Shown here: positions 18,946 through 29,663 of the stretch, one piece after another
Layout of the letters: every line of letters starts with the position of its first letter
How positions within the stretch are numbered: the stretch's first letter is position 1
Sequence record: SRR22947725_2318
Length of the DNA: 50,597 nucleotides
Reading direction: 5' to 3' (one strand)
The notes under the pieces: generated by a model
Seen by the model: only the letters and a program-made list of their open reading frames with translations
Databases searched by the model: none
Told to the model about the DNA's origin: nothing
Position numbers and translations under genes: made by a program

Positions 18946-20187
18946 TTACTTCCTTTTGAAATGATGGTCTGCAAATTTCATAAATTGTTCCCAATCATAA
19001 GGATCAATGGAGTGTCCGCCTTCTCTGATATGGAAGCCGACATCGGAAGTCAGGATGGGCTTTCTGATTTCTGGTAAATCGGGTGATGTCAGGCCTTTTT
19101 TCCCGAGAAATTCATAAACCTCACTTGCATGGTAAGCGGATAAATATTCTCCCCGCGGATCGGCCCATGTGTCCTCGGTTGAGCTGTGGACATACACCGG
19201 TCTTGGAGCGATGCAGGCAAGTAGCATGTGTTGGTCAATGGGGAGATCATCTTCCTGCTCCACAAATTTCCAGGCATTGCGGCACAGCCAGTATGGAAAT
19301 CGCGTCACCATTTTCTTCAGGGTTTCACCGGATTTCCGTCTCCATAGTGCGGCGCCTGCGCAACCTGATTGAGCTGAAATGGCCAGAGCGAATCGATCAT
19401 CCTGTGCCGCGGTCCAAAGAGTTGCCTTTCCCATTTTTGAATGGCCCATGATGGCAATGCGTGTATGGTCAACATCGGCATCTGTTTCCAGATAGTCCAT
19501 ACCCCGACTGGCTCCATAAGCGCATGCTGACAATACTCCCCACTCGTGAGCCTTTGGAAAACTTTGCCCCTCGGGATAAAAAAGTTTGTGGATGCCCTTG
19601 AGGAATTCAACCTCATTGTGCTTCAGGAGATCCTGCTGATAAACCGCACAGAACCCATACCCTCTGTCGAAGAATGCTCCAAGTGGCCAACCGTTTTTCA
19701 AGAATCCGGGGCGCGTTTCTGACGCGTCAAAGTCATTTGATTGGGTATTATTGAAACTGTGTTTCAAAAATGCCGGAACAGGTTTGTCGGCATTGTTAGG
19801 AACAAAAACGAGAAAATGCATCGAAACCCGGCCCTTTTCGTTTTCCAATATGATTTTGACATCTTTTCGGGTGGCTTTTCCGTCCATGAAATCGGGGTCT
19901 TCTTTGACCACTTCAAATCGCACATCGACAGGTTGAGCCGGTTTTGGAATGCGTCCGTAAATCAGGTTGCTGTAGAGCGAAAGGATCTCGGGTCTGCGAA
20001 TGGAAAACCACTCCTCGGGCGTTTTGATCTGCTTGCCTCCTGAGGAAACAAGCAGGGGAGGAAGGTCGTATTCCGGAAGTCTGTTTTCCTCATAATTGAC
20101 ATCCTGGTCATACTCCTTGGCCTCGCGGGCACTGAGTAGTGTCGGGACAAGGAGAGTGATCAATAATAAATATACAACGCGGTTCAT
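18946..20187 (-). CDS. CE15-like (glucuronoyl/acetylxylan) esterase, alpha/beta hydrolase
   Basis: Signal peptide, RRPEI..YGRIP, GHSKMGK nucleophile elbow, QSGCAGAAL, LPIDQH..IAPRP, WADPRGE and REGGH. Confidence 0.88.
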   Translation of the reverse strand: MNRVVYLLLITLLVPTLLSAREAKEYDQDVNYEENRLPEYDLPPLLVSSGGKQIKTPEEWFSIRRPEILSLYSNLIYGRIPKPAQPVDVRFEVVKEDPDFMDGKATRKDVKIILENEKGRVSMHFLVFVPNNADKPVPAFLKHSFNNTQSNDFDASETRPGFLKNGWPLGAFFDRGYGFCAVYQQDLLKHNEVEFLKGIHKLFYPEGQSFPKAHEWGVLSACAYGASRGMDYLETDADVDHTRIAIMGHSKMGKATLWTAAQDDRFALAISAQSGCAGAALWRRKSGETLKKMVTRFPYWLCRNAWKFVEQEDDLPIDQHMLLACIAPRPVYVHSSTEDTWADPRGEYLSAYHASEVYEFLGKKGLTSPDLPEIRKPILTSDVGFHIREGGHSIDPYDWEQFMKFADHHFKRK

Positions 20188-20460
20188 GGTTTGATGTTTT
20201 CCTGTATTACCTTACGCAGGGCAAGTTGAAAGTGAACGCATCGCTGCGGTAATCCTTGAGTGATGGACTCAATACCCGTAATAAATTGTGGAAATTTCGC
20301 CTTTCAGGTCAGGATTTTTCACTTGAACGCGTCTTTACTTAGTGTCAGAAAACACAGATAAAAATCAATCCGATACCTTTTCTTTTGTTCTGAATATTTT
20401 TGATCGATCCCATTTCACTCGAGGGAATGGGCAAACCCACTCTCATACCGTTGTTCATTG

Positions 20461-20991
20461 ATGAAGCTAGATGAATCGCAAATCTTGAAGGTGTTAATGG
20501 AGTGGCGGAATCGCATTTCCGCTGCGACATGGTTGGTTGTGAAGGATGCTCATGCGGTAGAGGACATCTTTCAAAATGTAGCCATCAAAGCCATCACCCG
20601 GAATGTTGAATTCAAAGCTGAGGCTGCTTTGGTCTCTTGGGCATTCATTACTGCAAGAAGAGAGGGAATTGACTGGATCAGGCGACAGCAAAGGGTCTCC
20701 ACGGGGTTGAGCGAGGATCTAATGAAAGTTCTGGAAATGGAATGGGTGGCTCATTCCGACAAGACATCTTCTGGTGCGCGTGTGGAGGCACTCTCCAGCT
20801 GCCTTGATGGAATACCTGACAAATCAAGAAGTCTATTGAAGCTTAGATACTTTGAGGGATATAACTGCATCGAAATTGCTGAAAAGATAGGCATTGAATT
20901 GAATACCGTCTATAAACGGTTATCGCGCCTGCATCAGGGATTACGAGTCTGCATTGAGCAGAAAACCCGAACGGACTCAGGCCATCTCTGA
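20461..20991 (+). CDS. ECF sigma-70 factor (PVC-type)
   Basis: DAHAVEDIFQNV, SWAFITAR and LLKLRY..EIAEK..TVYKRLSR. Confidence 0.92.
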   Translation: MKLDESQILKVLMEWRNRISAATWLVVKDAHAVEDIFQNVAIKAITRNVEFKAEAALVSWAFITARREGIDWIRRQQRVSTGLSEDLMKVLEMEWVAHSDKTSSGARVEALSSCLDGIPDKSRSLLKLRYFEGYNCIEIAEKIGIELNTVYKRLSRLHQGLRVCIEQKTRTDSGHL

Positions 20992-21005
20992 TATATTGGA
21001 AATCA

Positions 21006-22370
21006 ATGAAAGACGGAATATCGCACGAAGAATTGCTTGTCAGGTTTTTGGATGGTTCATTGTCTCCACCTGAGGAAGCCGAGCTCATGCAGTTACTCGA
21101 GCAAGATGCCTCGGCAAGGGAGTCCCTGCGAGAAATGTCAGAGCAGGCTATCGCTGTCGCAGATCTCGAACGGACCAGCGTTGCATTGAGGGCCGAAACT
21201 GCTCGGCAACCTCAGCGCGAGCCCGATGTCGATGAGCACGCCTTCATGCGAGGGTTTCTGCGAGTGAGTTTTAAATTCGTTCTTCCACTCGCAGCTTTGA
21301 TCACTCTGACAACAGTGGTTCTCCAAGAGATTATTTCAAAAGAACCTGCCCCGTTTCTGAAGATTTCAAAAGTAAGCAGCGCTTCTCATCTCCATACGGC
21401 CCTGGGTAAGATTGAGGATCAGCTGGAGATCAATATGCCTGTCAGGGAAGGGGATACGGTTGAATCCAGATCCTGCGACTCATGGCTTGTTTTGCAGCTT
21501 GGCGATAAATCCCACATTACCCTTGCAGGTCACAGTTATCTGCAAAACCTGGAGAAAGAGGAAGATTCGGTTCAATTACGGTTTTTGACCGGCAGTTTGT
21601 GGGCAGAGTTTTCTCAAGAAAAGGAGATGCAGTCCTTTACCATCCAAACCCCTACGTGCTCAATCGAAATAAAAAACGCCCAGTTTGATCTGCACACGGA
21701 ACGTTTTTTTACTCGTCTGCGCGTCAACGATGGAACCGCCGTTGTGACGAGACTGTTGGATCAATCCCGCAGCGAAGTGCGTTCGGGGGAGCAAATTGAA
21801 TGCAATATCGATGACGCTGCGGTCTTTGAATCGAATGAACAGCCTCTTCCCGTCGATCACTGGCAGTGTCAGCTCCTTAAAGGTCCTGACATTTCTCTGG
21901 GCACAGTGCTCCCCTCTTTCGAAAACGATTTCGCTAACATCAAGGCAGAGCCTCTGCCATGGAAGGTACGACATGACAAGCATATCATGCTATACGCGGT
22001 AGCCCTTTCTGTTTCTAGAAGTAGTGATCAACCTGTCTTACTGCAGCCTGGTTCGACTCTTCGATATTATGTGAGTTATGATGAGCCAGACCGTGTTAGA
22101 TTTGGCTTCAGCACTCAGCGCATAGGGGGTGTTTATGCGGGCAAGTTTGAAACAGATATCCAACCATCGCAGCTTGGTCCGGCAGGAGATATTCTAGAAA
22201 TAGAATTGGACTTGGACGCATTCTGGCCATTGAGTCCTCAACTTTCACCAAGACCGGAGGGACTTGAGGTGAGTGATATTTACGCATTGACCATCAAACG
22301 TGATGCCGGGCTCAAGGTGCATCGTATTGAAATTATTCCGCCGGATAACAGTGGATCGATCCTAGACTGA
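21006..22370 (+). CDS. FecR-domain anti-sigma / transmembrane sensor
   Basis: Anti-sigma N-terminus (RFLDGSLSPPEEAEL), TM helix and FecR-like 'GSLWAE..IQTP..F..V.DG.AVV'. Confidence 0.82.
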   Translation: MKDGISHEELLVRFLDGSLSPPEEAELMQLLEQDASARESLREMSEQAIAVADLERTSVALRAETARQPQREPDVDEHAFMRGFLRVSFKFVLPLAALITLTTVVLQEIISKEPAPFLKISKVSSASHLHTALGKIEDQLEINMPVREGDTVESRSCDSWLVLQLGDKSHITLAGHSYLQNLEKEEDSVQLRFLTGSLWAEFSQEKEMQSFTIQTPTCSIEIKNAQFDLHTERFFTRLRVNDGTAVVTRLLDQSRSEVRSGEQIECNIDDAAVFESNEQPLPVDHWQCQLLKGPDISLGTVLPSFENDFANIKAEPLPWKVRHDKHIMLYAVALSVSRSSDQPVLLQPGSTLRYYVSYDEPDRVRFGFSTQRIGGVYAGKFETDIQPSQLGPAGDILEIELDLDAFWPLSPQLSPRPEGLEVSDIYALTIKRDAGLKVHRIEIIPPDNSGSILD

Positions 22371-22400
22371 GAAATACCGCTGTCAACTGCTGGTAATCGA

Positions 22401-23252
22401 CTAGCGATATTTATTCCAAACTTCAGGGACAGCGACCCACATCCCGGGCATTTTCGGATTGCTGCTCCAATTCTCCTGGATCCATACCTTCTCTTTCCTG
22501 ATGCGCTCGGCATGTCCGTCATAAAAAGCAATGTTGGCACCTTCATTATGTCGGTACATGGTAGGTCCTCCGGTACCTGCATCCTTGTATTTCTGGACAC
22601 TGCCTTGCTGGCCAAGCGCATCCCAACCCAAATTGTAGTCTGCACCTTTCCAGCGTGACCACCAATCCTGACCGTCGTGGAAAATAAGTTTCTCTGATGG
22701 GCTGCTGATGCTGGCGAGTTTGTGTCCAGCATGATTTTTGCTTGCTAGTGCCCAGCCTCGACCATCGGATGGAAACCAGTCTTCGAAGTTGTAACTGTAG
22801 CTGGCGAGTGTACCTCGGTTTTCTTCATTGGATTGATTTGGGTTGTTTGAAAAAGCAAATTTTGCTGGGTTTCGAATCTGCTTGTCGGCGGGGCAACGAT
22901 AATCAATCGGTGTTTGAACAACGGAGTTTGCATCTTTTGAGTAACCTATAATATCGCGGAAACTTTGGTTGGCCATCCAGATCTGAGTGTTTCCGTTGCG
23001 ATTGGCTGCGATCAAGGGGACCGCCTGATCATCATGGTCTGTTGCGTAAACCATGTTCGCGATTGAAAACTGGCGTAAATTGTTGAGGCAGGCGGCTCCG
23101 TGTGCTGTCCCCTTTGCTTTGGATAATGCAGGTAAAAGCATTCCAGCCAAGATTGCAATAATGGCAATCACTACCAATAATTCGATCAGTGTAAATCCTT
23201 TTTCACGGCTAAACAATGCGGCTCGGTGGCTTGTGTTGTGAACGTATTTCAT
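22401..23252 (-). CDS. prepilin-type N-terminal cleavage/methylation + H-X9-DG domain protein
   Basis: [32 protein letters not shown] and [14 protein letters not shown]. Confidence 0.95.
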   Translation of the reverse strand: MKYVHNTSHRAALFSREKGFTLIELLVVIAIIAILAGMLLPALSKAKGTAHGAACLNNLRQFSIANMVYATDHDDQAVPLIAANRNGNTQIWMANQSFRDIIGYSKDANSVVQTPIDYRCPADKQIRNPAKFAFSNNPNQSNEENRGTLASYSYNFEDWFPSDGRGWALASKNHAGHKLASISSPSEKLIFHDGQDWWSRWKGADYNLGWDALGQQGSVQKYKDAGTGGPTMYRHNEGANIAFYDGHAERIRKEKVWIQENWSSNPKMPGMWVAVPEVWNKYR

Positions 23253-23315
23253 GGTCTCAAAAATGGTAATTGAAAAATGCAACATACTTTAGTTTGAGAT
23301 TTGTGGAAGACTAAT

Positions 23316-24770
23316 CTAAGCGGGTGCCTGTTTACGCACATTGAAGTCTATGCATCGTTTGGAAGTCGGAAACATCTTGTGAGGATTGCATCGTTGCTTC
23401 GGGTCAAAGACCGTTCGTACATCGATCATGGCTTTCAGGTCCGATGGAGTGAATTGTTTGACCATGAAATCGACTTTTTCAACTCCAATCCCGTGTTCTC
23501 CTGATACACTTCCGCCAAGTTCCAGACATTTTTCAAGGATATCTTCTCCTGCTTGAATAGCTCGTTTTACTTGGTCGGGTTCTCTCTCATCAAATAGAAT
23601 CAAGGGATGTATATTACCATCACCTGCATGAAATACATTGGGGATCCTTAGGTTTACCCGCTTGGAGCATGCCTGTATGAAATTCATGATTTCGGGAAGT
23701 TTGGATCTTGGTACCACGCCGTCCTGAGTCAGGTAATTGGGACTGATCCTTCCGATTGCTCCAAAGGCTCTTTTGCGACATTTCCACAGTTGAGCCCTTT
23801 CTTCCTCAGATTGGGCACGTCTGATTTCGCGTGCGCGGTTTTGCCTGCATATAGTCTCAATCATCGCTATCTGATTTTCCATGCCTGCTTCAGGGCCATC
23901 CAGCTCAATGATCAGTAAGGCCCCTGCATCCAAGGGAAACCCAAAATGATACGCTTCTTCAATAGCCCGGGTGATCAACTGATCCATCATTTCCAAAGCG
24001 CCGGGGACAATGCCTGCCTTGATAATGTCACTCACCGTTCGACTCGCTGATTCGACTGTTTCAAAAATACCGAGAAATGTTTGTAAGCATTCAGGCTTTG
24101 GTGTCAGTTTGACCAGGACCTCAGTGACGAGACCAAACATTCCTTCGCTGCCAATGGCAACGCCTCGCAGGTCAAGGCCTTCGTGATCCTCGCCCCCATC
24201 CAGAGGAGTCCCCAGCCATATTTTTTCGCCATCGCTCAGAATCATCTCGAAACCGAGCACGTGATTTGTGGTAACACCGTATTTCAATGTGTGAGGTCCT
24301 CCGGAGTTGGTGGCGACGTTTCCGCCTATTGTGCATGCAAACTGACTGGATGGGTCTGGGGCGTAGAATAGTCCCAGTGACTCAACTTCTCGACTGATCC
24401 ATGCATTGACACATCCTGCCTCAACCAGTGCTCTCCCATTTTCTTGATCTACTTCCAGAATCTTCTGCATGCGAGATAGGCAGATCGTGATACCGCCATC
24501 TACCGCGAGCACGGCACCGCTCAAACTGGTACCTGCACCTCTTGGAATGAGGGGTAATTGATGTTCATGGCAAATCTTGATTACTTGCGCTGCTTCATCC
24601 GCAGAACCTGGGAGAACTACTGCCTGAGGAAGTTTCTTCTCAAGCGTATAGGCATCGCATTCATAAACCATCAGTTTTTCAGGGTCGGTCAGCAGTGCTT
24701 CAGGTCCAACAACGTCGCGCAGGGCCTTCTCCCAATGGTAACTCCCGTGTAGTTGAGGGGCGTGTTGCAT
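23316..24770 (-). CDS. glcD: FAD-linked oxidase, glycolate oxidase subunit GlcD-like
   Basis: PRGAGTSLSG, YAPDPSSQ, IGGNVATNSGG, GSEG, HAGDGNIHP and GEHGIG. Confidence 0.88.
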   Translation of the reverse strand: MQHAPQLHGSYHWEKALRDVVGPEALLTDPEKLMVYECDAYTLEKKLPQAVVLPGSADEAAQVIKICHEHQLPLIPRGAGTSLSGAVLAVDGGITICLSRMQKILEVDQENGRALVEAGCVNAWISREVESLGLFYAPDPSSQFACTIGGNVATNSGGPHTLKYGVTTNHVLGFEMILSDGEKIWLGTPLDGGEDHEGLDLRGVAIGSEGMFGLVTEVLVKLTPKPECLQTFLGIFETVESASRTVSDIIKAGIVPGALEMMDQLITRAIEEAYHFGFPLDAGALLIIELDGPEAGMENQIAMIETICRQNRAREIRRAQSEEERAQLWKCRKRAFGAIGRISPNYLTQDGVVPRSKLPEIMNFIQACSKRVNLRIPNVFHAGDGNIHPLILFDEREPDQVKRAIQAGEDILEKCLELGGSVSGEHGIGVEKVDFMVKQFTPSDLKAMIDVRTVFDPKQRCNPHKMFPTSKRCIDFNVRKQAPA

Positions 24771-24921
24771 GGAGTAACTTTGGGATATAATTATAAATAT
24801 GTCGAGAAATGGTAAAAAAACTCCAAACCGGCATGAATTAAGCTATAAATCCCATTATATCAGTTGTGATAATTTTGCTTTCAATGGTTGGGAGCAGAAG
24901 GTTGATCAATAGGAACCGCAT

Positions 24922-27900
24922 ATGAGATACAGAAGAAAACGGAGCGGCCTCGGCCTGCTGGCATTGGTTGTATTCTTGAGTCAGGGTGTTTCAGCTGCTG
25001 AACGACCGGTCATAGAGGGTCTTCAGCTAGAAAATGGACAACTAACGATACAGGTGGATGTGCCTGATGGTTATGGGCATGTCCTTGTTGAATCCGGAAG
25101 CGATCTACGAGATGAATTGCTGCATCCTTTGGTCTCTGGCGAGATTTTTGGTTATGCTGGAACAGCTACAATATCCATTCCAGAGCCAGGGCACACAACT
25201 TTTCTTAAAATCCAAGCAGGCATTGAAACAAACCCTCCCTTGGCTACCTACACGGGGGGAAACTATTTTTATTTTGAAGCGGATCTGCCAGGAGGTGGGC
25301 CACTGAGTCAATCACAAGCGGCCAATCACGCCCTGAACCGACTTGCCTATGGGCCAACTCCTTCTGACGCTGCATGGATTGATGAGGTTGGATTGGATGC
25401 TTTTATTGATGCCCAATTACATCCGGAAACGATCAGTGATGAGCGAAATGCAAATCTGACTGGTTCAAATCGATCGTTATTTCACGAGTACCGGCCAGGC
25501 CTTGATACAAAAATGATAGCCGATGGGGACCTGTGGTATTTACGAAAAGGCAATATCGCTCCACCGGCCGATTGGAATCAATTGGACCACAAGATTACGG
25601 ACGACACGGGCTGGAGTTTAGTTCGTTCTGGTTTTGGTTACTCCAACAATGGTAATGAGAGAGATTATTTCCGCTTCGAACTGTCCGACATGAGACGTAT
25701 TGAGGAAGGAGAGGATGCTCGTCCAGGCTATTTAAGTTTTTTTGTGCGTCGTGAATTTGATGTTTCAGATCCATCTGAAGTGGGAGGTTTATTTCTCAAT
25801 ATGATTTATGATGATGGATTCGTGGCATACTTAAATGGAGAGGAAGTGGCGCGCGCCAATATGGGAGATTTGATTCGGCCCAATTATCGTTCAAAGTCAG
25901 TAAGGTCTGCAGATGGTGACCCGGATTTCGGGCTTTTCGAAATCACTGAATCCAAAGATCTACTTGTAGCAGGTACAAACGTTCTGGCGATTCAACTTCA
26001 TAATACCAGTATCACAAGCTCTGATGCCATTCTTGCACCAGAGCTTATCCACCGTGATTTTTACCCCGGCAGGGAGTATGACCGAATCAATGACATAGAT
26101 TCTCTCCAGAAGTTAATCCATGCCCAAGGCATGTTCAGCAAGAAACAACTTCAAGCGGTGATGGGGGAATTCTGGGAAAATCATTTTACGACCGATTACG
26201 ACAAGACAGCTGAGTATCTGGATGACCTGGAGGACTCGCTCGGTGACAATGCCATGTTCGAGCAGCAAGCCGAGCAAGAGGCAGCACATGTTGAATTTAA
26301 AGAATATGAGTTTTTCCGCGATCACGCTTTTGATGCTTTCGGGGACTTATTACTTTACAGTGCGACCAGTCCTTCCATGTTGATATACTTGGACAATGTT
26401 ATTAATGAAGTCGGTGAAGCCAATGAAAACTATGCACGTGAAATATTAGAGCTTTTCGCGTTTGGTGTTGATAACCGTTACACCCAAACAGACATTGAGG
26501 AATTATCTCGGTGTTTTACTGGTTGGCAGATTCGAAAAGTAAGGGCTGATAAGACTCAGGGATTTCCAGAATCCGCCTTGAATCCCCCTACACAGCCAAG
26601 TACCGGTTTCTTTGATCTTCCAATTGTCGATATAGGTTCAGGTTGGCGCTACTTCAAGGGAATGCGAGAGCCTGTTCGTTATCGAGAAGGTCTGGCACCT
26701 GAATGGACTAGGGTTGGCTTTGACGACACTAATTGGCTCAAAGGGGCAACCGGTATTGGCTATGGCGACGAAGACGACAATACCGTTCTTCAAGACATGC
26801 GCAGAAGGAATGAACAAAAAGGGTATTCCAGCGTTTTCCTGAGGCGTCATTTTACTCTGCCTGCGGGCACAGAGATCAGCGATTTGGTGTTGTCCATCGA
26901 TTACGACGATGGTTTTGTTGCTTATATCAATGGAAAAGAGGTAGGACGAAGTGCCAGCATGTCCGATACTGGAACACCTCCAAGATTTAATGAAACAGCT
27001 TCTCAAAATCATGAAGCGGGTGGTGAACCTGACGATATAAGCCTTGCTCGCTACGAGAGATTTTTCAACCCTTTTCCAGAGACCAATGTGCTTTCCATAC
27101 AAGGGCATAATGTAAACTTTACCAGCTCTGATTTTTCTGTCCTACCGCGTTTGGTGAGCAGGAGTGTTACTCAGGAAAGCATCGAACCGGGAGATCCCAA
27201 TGGACAATGGGCTTTTCGCTTCAATCCAGCTGATCATGACTATACTGCCAAGATACTTTTTGAGGGCACCGAGTGGGAAATGCGCATACCGGATGATCGG
27301 CAAGGCGTCGAGGGTCTGAGTGATGCTCTTGATGTCATCAAAATGATGGCGAACCATCCTTCCACCCGTGAGTTTATCTGTGTCAAATTGGTGAATAAAT
27401 TTGTGGCCGATAAAATCACCCTCCGCACATACAAGGATGGTTCTGCTCCTTCGCACTTATCAGACGTTGTCGATCGTGCTATCGATGCATGGCAGCAGGC
27501 TGAACCGATCGGACATATTGGAACCGTACTAGCTGCCATATTTGATCGGTCAGACGTTTTCAACCCATTTTGGACGCAATCCGTTTACCAAGCAAAGGTC
27601 AAGACTCCTGTTGAATACATCAATAGTCTGGGGCGGGCAATGGAGTGGGGAGTCATGCTGGATGATTTACCTGAAATCAGTGAAGACATGGGGATGCATT
27701 TTTTTACGCGCGACGATCCTGACGGATGGTCCGAGTATGGATTTGATTGGGTAAACACGGGAGCCATTTTGGAGCGATTGAACTTTGCCACTCGATTAAC
27801 ACGACACAACAACAACAAATACCTTCGAAGCTGGTCGATTCGGCGGTATTTAAGATTGCATGACATAGAGACCGCAGAAGAAATAATAGATCATTTTGAT

Positions 27901-28077
27901 CAATTATTATTCAACGGTTCCCTATCGAAGGACACACGTGATTTGATCCTTAATTTCGCTCGAACTGCAGAGAACGGCAGACGAACCGTACTTAGTCCGG
28001 AAAGAAATGATTACCTGTCCAGGGTAGGGGAACTGATCGGACTTATTCTTGCCATACCGGAAATGCACTATCAGTAA
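24922..28077 (+). CDS. DUF1800 family protein with two inserted beta-sandwich domains
   Basis: HALNRLAYGP, FWENHF, SMLIYLDN, NENYAREILELF, FTGW, HPST..FI..KL and KVKTP. Confidence 0.9.
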   Translation: MRYRRKRSGLGLLALVVFLSQGVSAAERPVIEGLQLENGQLTIQVDVPDGYGHVLVESGSDLRDELLHPLVSGEIFGYAGTATISIPEPGHTTFLKIQAGIETNPPLATYTGGNYFYFEADLPGGGPLSQSQAANHALNRLAYGPTPSDAAWIDEVGLDAFIDAQLHPETISDERNANLTGSNRSLFHEYRPGLDTKMIADGDLWYLRKGNIAPPADWNQLDHKITDDTGWSLVRSGFGYSNNGNERDYFRFELSDMRRIEEGEDARPGYLSFFVRREFDVSDPSEVGGLFLNMIYDDGFVAYLNGEEVARANMGDLIRPNYRSKSVRSADGDPDFGLFEITESKDLLVAGTNVLAIQLHNTSITSSDAILAPELIHRDFYPGREYDRINDIDSLQKLIHAQGMFSKKQLQAVMGEFWENHFTTDYDKTAEYLDDLEDSLGDNAMFEQQAEQEAAHVEFKEYEFFRDHAFDAFGDLLLYSATSPSMLIYLDNVINEVGEANENYAREILELFAFGVDNRYTQTDIEELSRCFTGWQIRKVRADKTQGFPESALNPPTQPSTGFFDLPIVDIGSGWRYFKGMREPVRYREGLAPEWTRVGFDDTNWLKGATGIGYGDEDDNTVLQDMRRRNEQKGYSSVFLRRHFTLPAGTEISDLVLSIDYDDGFVAYINGKEVGRSASMSDTGTPPRFNETASQNHEAGGEPDDISLARYERFFNPFPETNVLSIQGHNVNFTSSDFSVLPRLVSRSVTQESIEPGDPNGQWAFRFNPADHDYTAKILFEGTEWEMRIPDDRQGVEGLSDALDVIKMMANHPSTREFICVKLVNKFVADKITLRTYKDGSAPSHLSDVVDRAIDAWQQAEPIGHIGTVLAAIFDRSDVFNPFWTQSVYQAKVKTPVEYINSLGRAMEWGVMLDDLPEISEDMGMHFFTRDDPDGWSEYGFDWVNTGAILERLNFATRLTRHNNNKYLRSWSIRRYLRLHDIETAEEIIDHFDQLLFNGSLSKDTRDLILNFARTAENGRRTVLSPERNDYLSRVGELIGLILAIPEMHYQ

Positions 28078-28133
28078 GCTGCACAGCCTATCAATCCCTC
28101 AACTCAGACATAACCTTTAAATACATTTTTAAA

Positions 28134-29498
28134 ATGCAAGTTTTCAACCGACGAAATTTCTTACGAACCAGCGCCCTGTCCTTTTCCTCGATTGGGCTCA
28201 ACATGGTAACTCCCTCACTCTTTCAACGCCGACTAGAAGCTGCGGCGCTGCCAAAGGACCGCAAGATGATTTTTATCTTTTTGCAGGGAGGTAATGATGG
28301 CCTTAACACTCTCATTCCTCGAGGCGATGCTGATTACAATACCGTTAACCGTCCGAGCTTGTATATCCCGGAAGACCGTGCCATTGATTCAGGAAATGGT
28401 TTTGCGCAGTTCCATCCGGCATTAGAGCCCATGATGGAAATATACAACAATACCAAACTCAATGGTCAGGAAGGGGCTGGGAACATGGCCGTTTTACACA
28501 GGGTCGGTTACGATGGTCAATCGCGCTCTCACTTTGACAGTCAGCATTATTGGCAAAACGGAATCCCAGGGGATGCGGACACTGAAGAAGGATTTATATA
28601 CCGCCATATCGACGCCAATTTTGATTTGAATCATCCAGATAACTCATTTGTGGCAGCAGGGTTGAGTTCAAATCAATTGGTTGCGCTCAAGGGCCAGAAC
28701 ATGATTCCGAATTTCAGCAGGACACGTGACTTTACTTTTCCTGCAGGTAACAAGTTTCTCGGTACGCCTCCATCTTCACCTGGCTCAAAAGACGGTAAAG
28801 GATTGATGGGGCTATATGGATTGTCACCCGATAAACCATTTAAGCCTTATGGAGGATTAGTACATGGTGCTGGGCAAACCTTGGGAAGAACGATGACCGT
28901 GGTGCAGGATGCAGTGTCCAAAGGAGATTATACACCTGAAAACGATGCTGTGTATCCAGATACTTCCATGGGGCGCAAACTTTCCGAAGCTGCGATGTTG
29001 TTAAAACGTACTCCAGCGAAAATCATTGGCTTACGGCGAGGCGGTTTTGATACTCATCAGCGTCAAGGGCAGATCAACGGGAGTCATGCTAACTTGCTGG
29101 GAGAATTAGCGCAGGGGATGCAGGCGTTGCATCGTGATTTACAATCTCAATGGGAAGACTTGCTGGTTGTTACCATGACGGAATTTGGTCGTACGTCCAA
29201 AGAGAACGGAAGTAACGGTACTGATCATGCTGAATCCAGTGTCATGTTTGTAGCGGGAGGAGGAGTCGAGGGGGGAGTTTATAACTGCGATCAGACAACA
29301 TGGGAAGAGAACGCAATGTTCAGTGCCCGCAGTCGCTACTTGGGACGACGCACTGACTTCAGAGCTGCTTTCGGAGAGATCTTTCAGCGACATTTTGGAG
29401 ATGATCCAGCCATGATGGATCAATTAATGCCAGGTTACTCCATCGCCCAGCTGGACAACCCCAATGATTTCAAATTCCTTAACTTTCTCAAAGCTTGA
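28134..29498 (+). CDS. DUF1501 family protein (Tat-exported; DUF1800 partner)
   Basis: NRRNFL, GGNDGLNT, RSHF, GGFDTH, TEFGRT and GTDH. Confidence 0.92.
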   Translation: MQVFNRRNFLRTSALSFSSIGLNMVTPSLFQRRLEAAALPKDRKMIFIFLQGGNDGLNTLIPRGDADYNTVNRPSLYIPEDRAIDSGNGFAQFHPALEPMMEIYNNTKLNGQEGAGNMAVLHRVGYDGQSRSHFDSQHYWQNGIPGDADTEEGFIYRHIDANFDLNHPDNSFVAAGLSSNQLVALKGQNMIPNFSRTRDFTFPAGNKFLGTPPSSPGSKDGKGLMGLYGLSPDKPFKPYGGLVHGAGQTLGRTMTVVQDAVSKGDYTPENDAVYPDTSMGRKLSEAAMLLKRTPAKIIGLRRGGFDTHQRQGQINGSHANLLGELAQGMQALHRDLQSQWEDLLVVTMTEFGRTSKENGSNGTDHAESSVMFVAGGGVEGGVYNCDQTTWEENAMFSARSRYLGRRTDFRAAFGEIFQRHFGDDPAMMDQLMPGYSIAQLDNPNDFKFLNFLKA

Positions 29499-29507
29499 GC
29501 GTGGATT

Positions 29508-29550
29508 AAATAGCAGGGGTTTCATCTCAAAAAAGAAACCCCTGCTATTT
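29508..29550. terminator. 16-bp perfect inverted repeat, probable terminator
   Basis: AAATAGCAGGGGTTTC-(11 nt)-GAAACCCCTGCTATTT just after the DUF1501 stop. Confidence 0.75.
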
Positions 29551-29663
29551 CCGAGGCCATGGTGACCTTACTTGTGAGATGACCTTTGATTGCCAGTGCG
29601 AAGTCTATCATTGGGGATTTTCGAGTTGACATCCAAGTTGCTTTCCTCCTTCATCCTCTCTCA

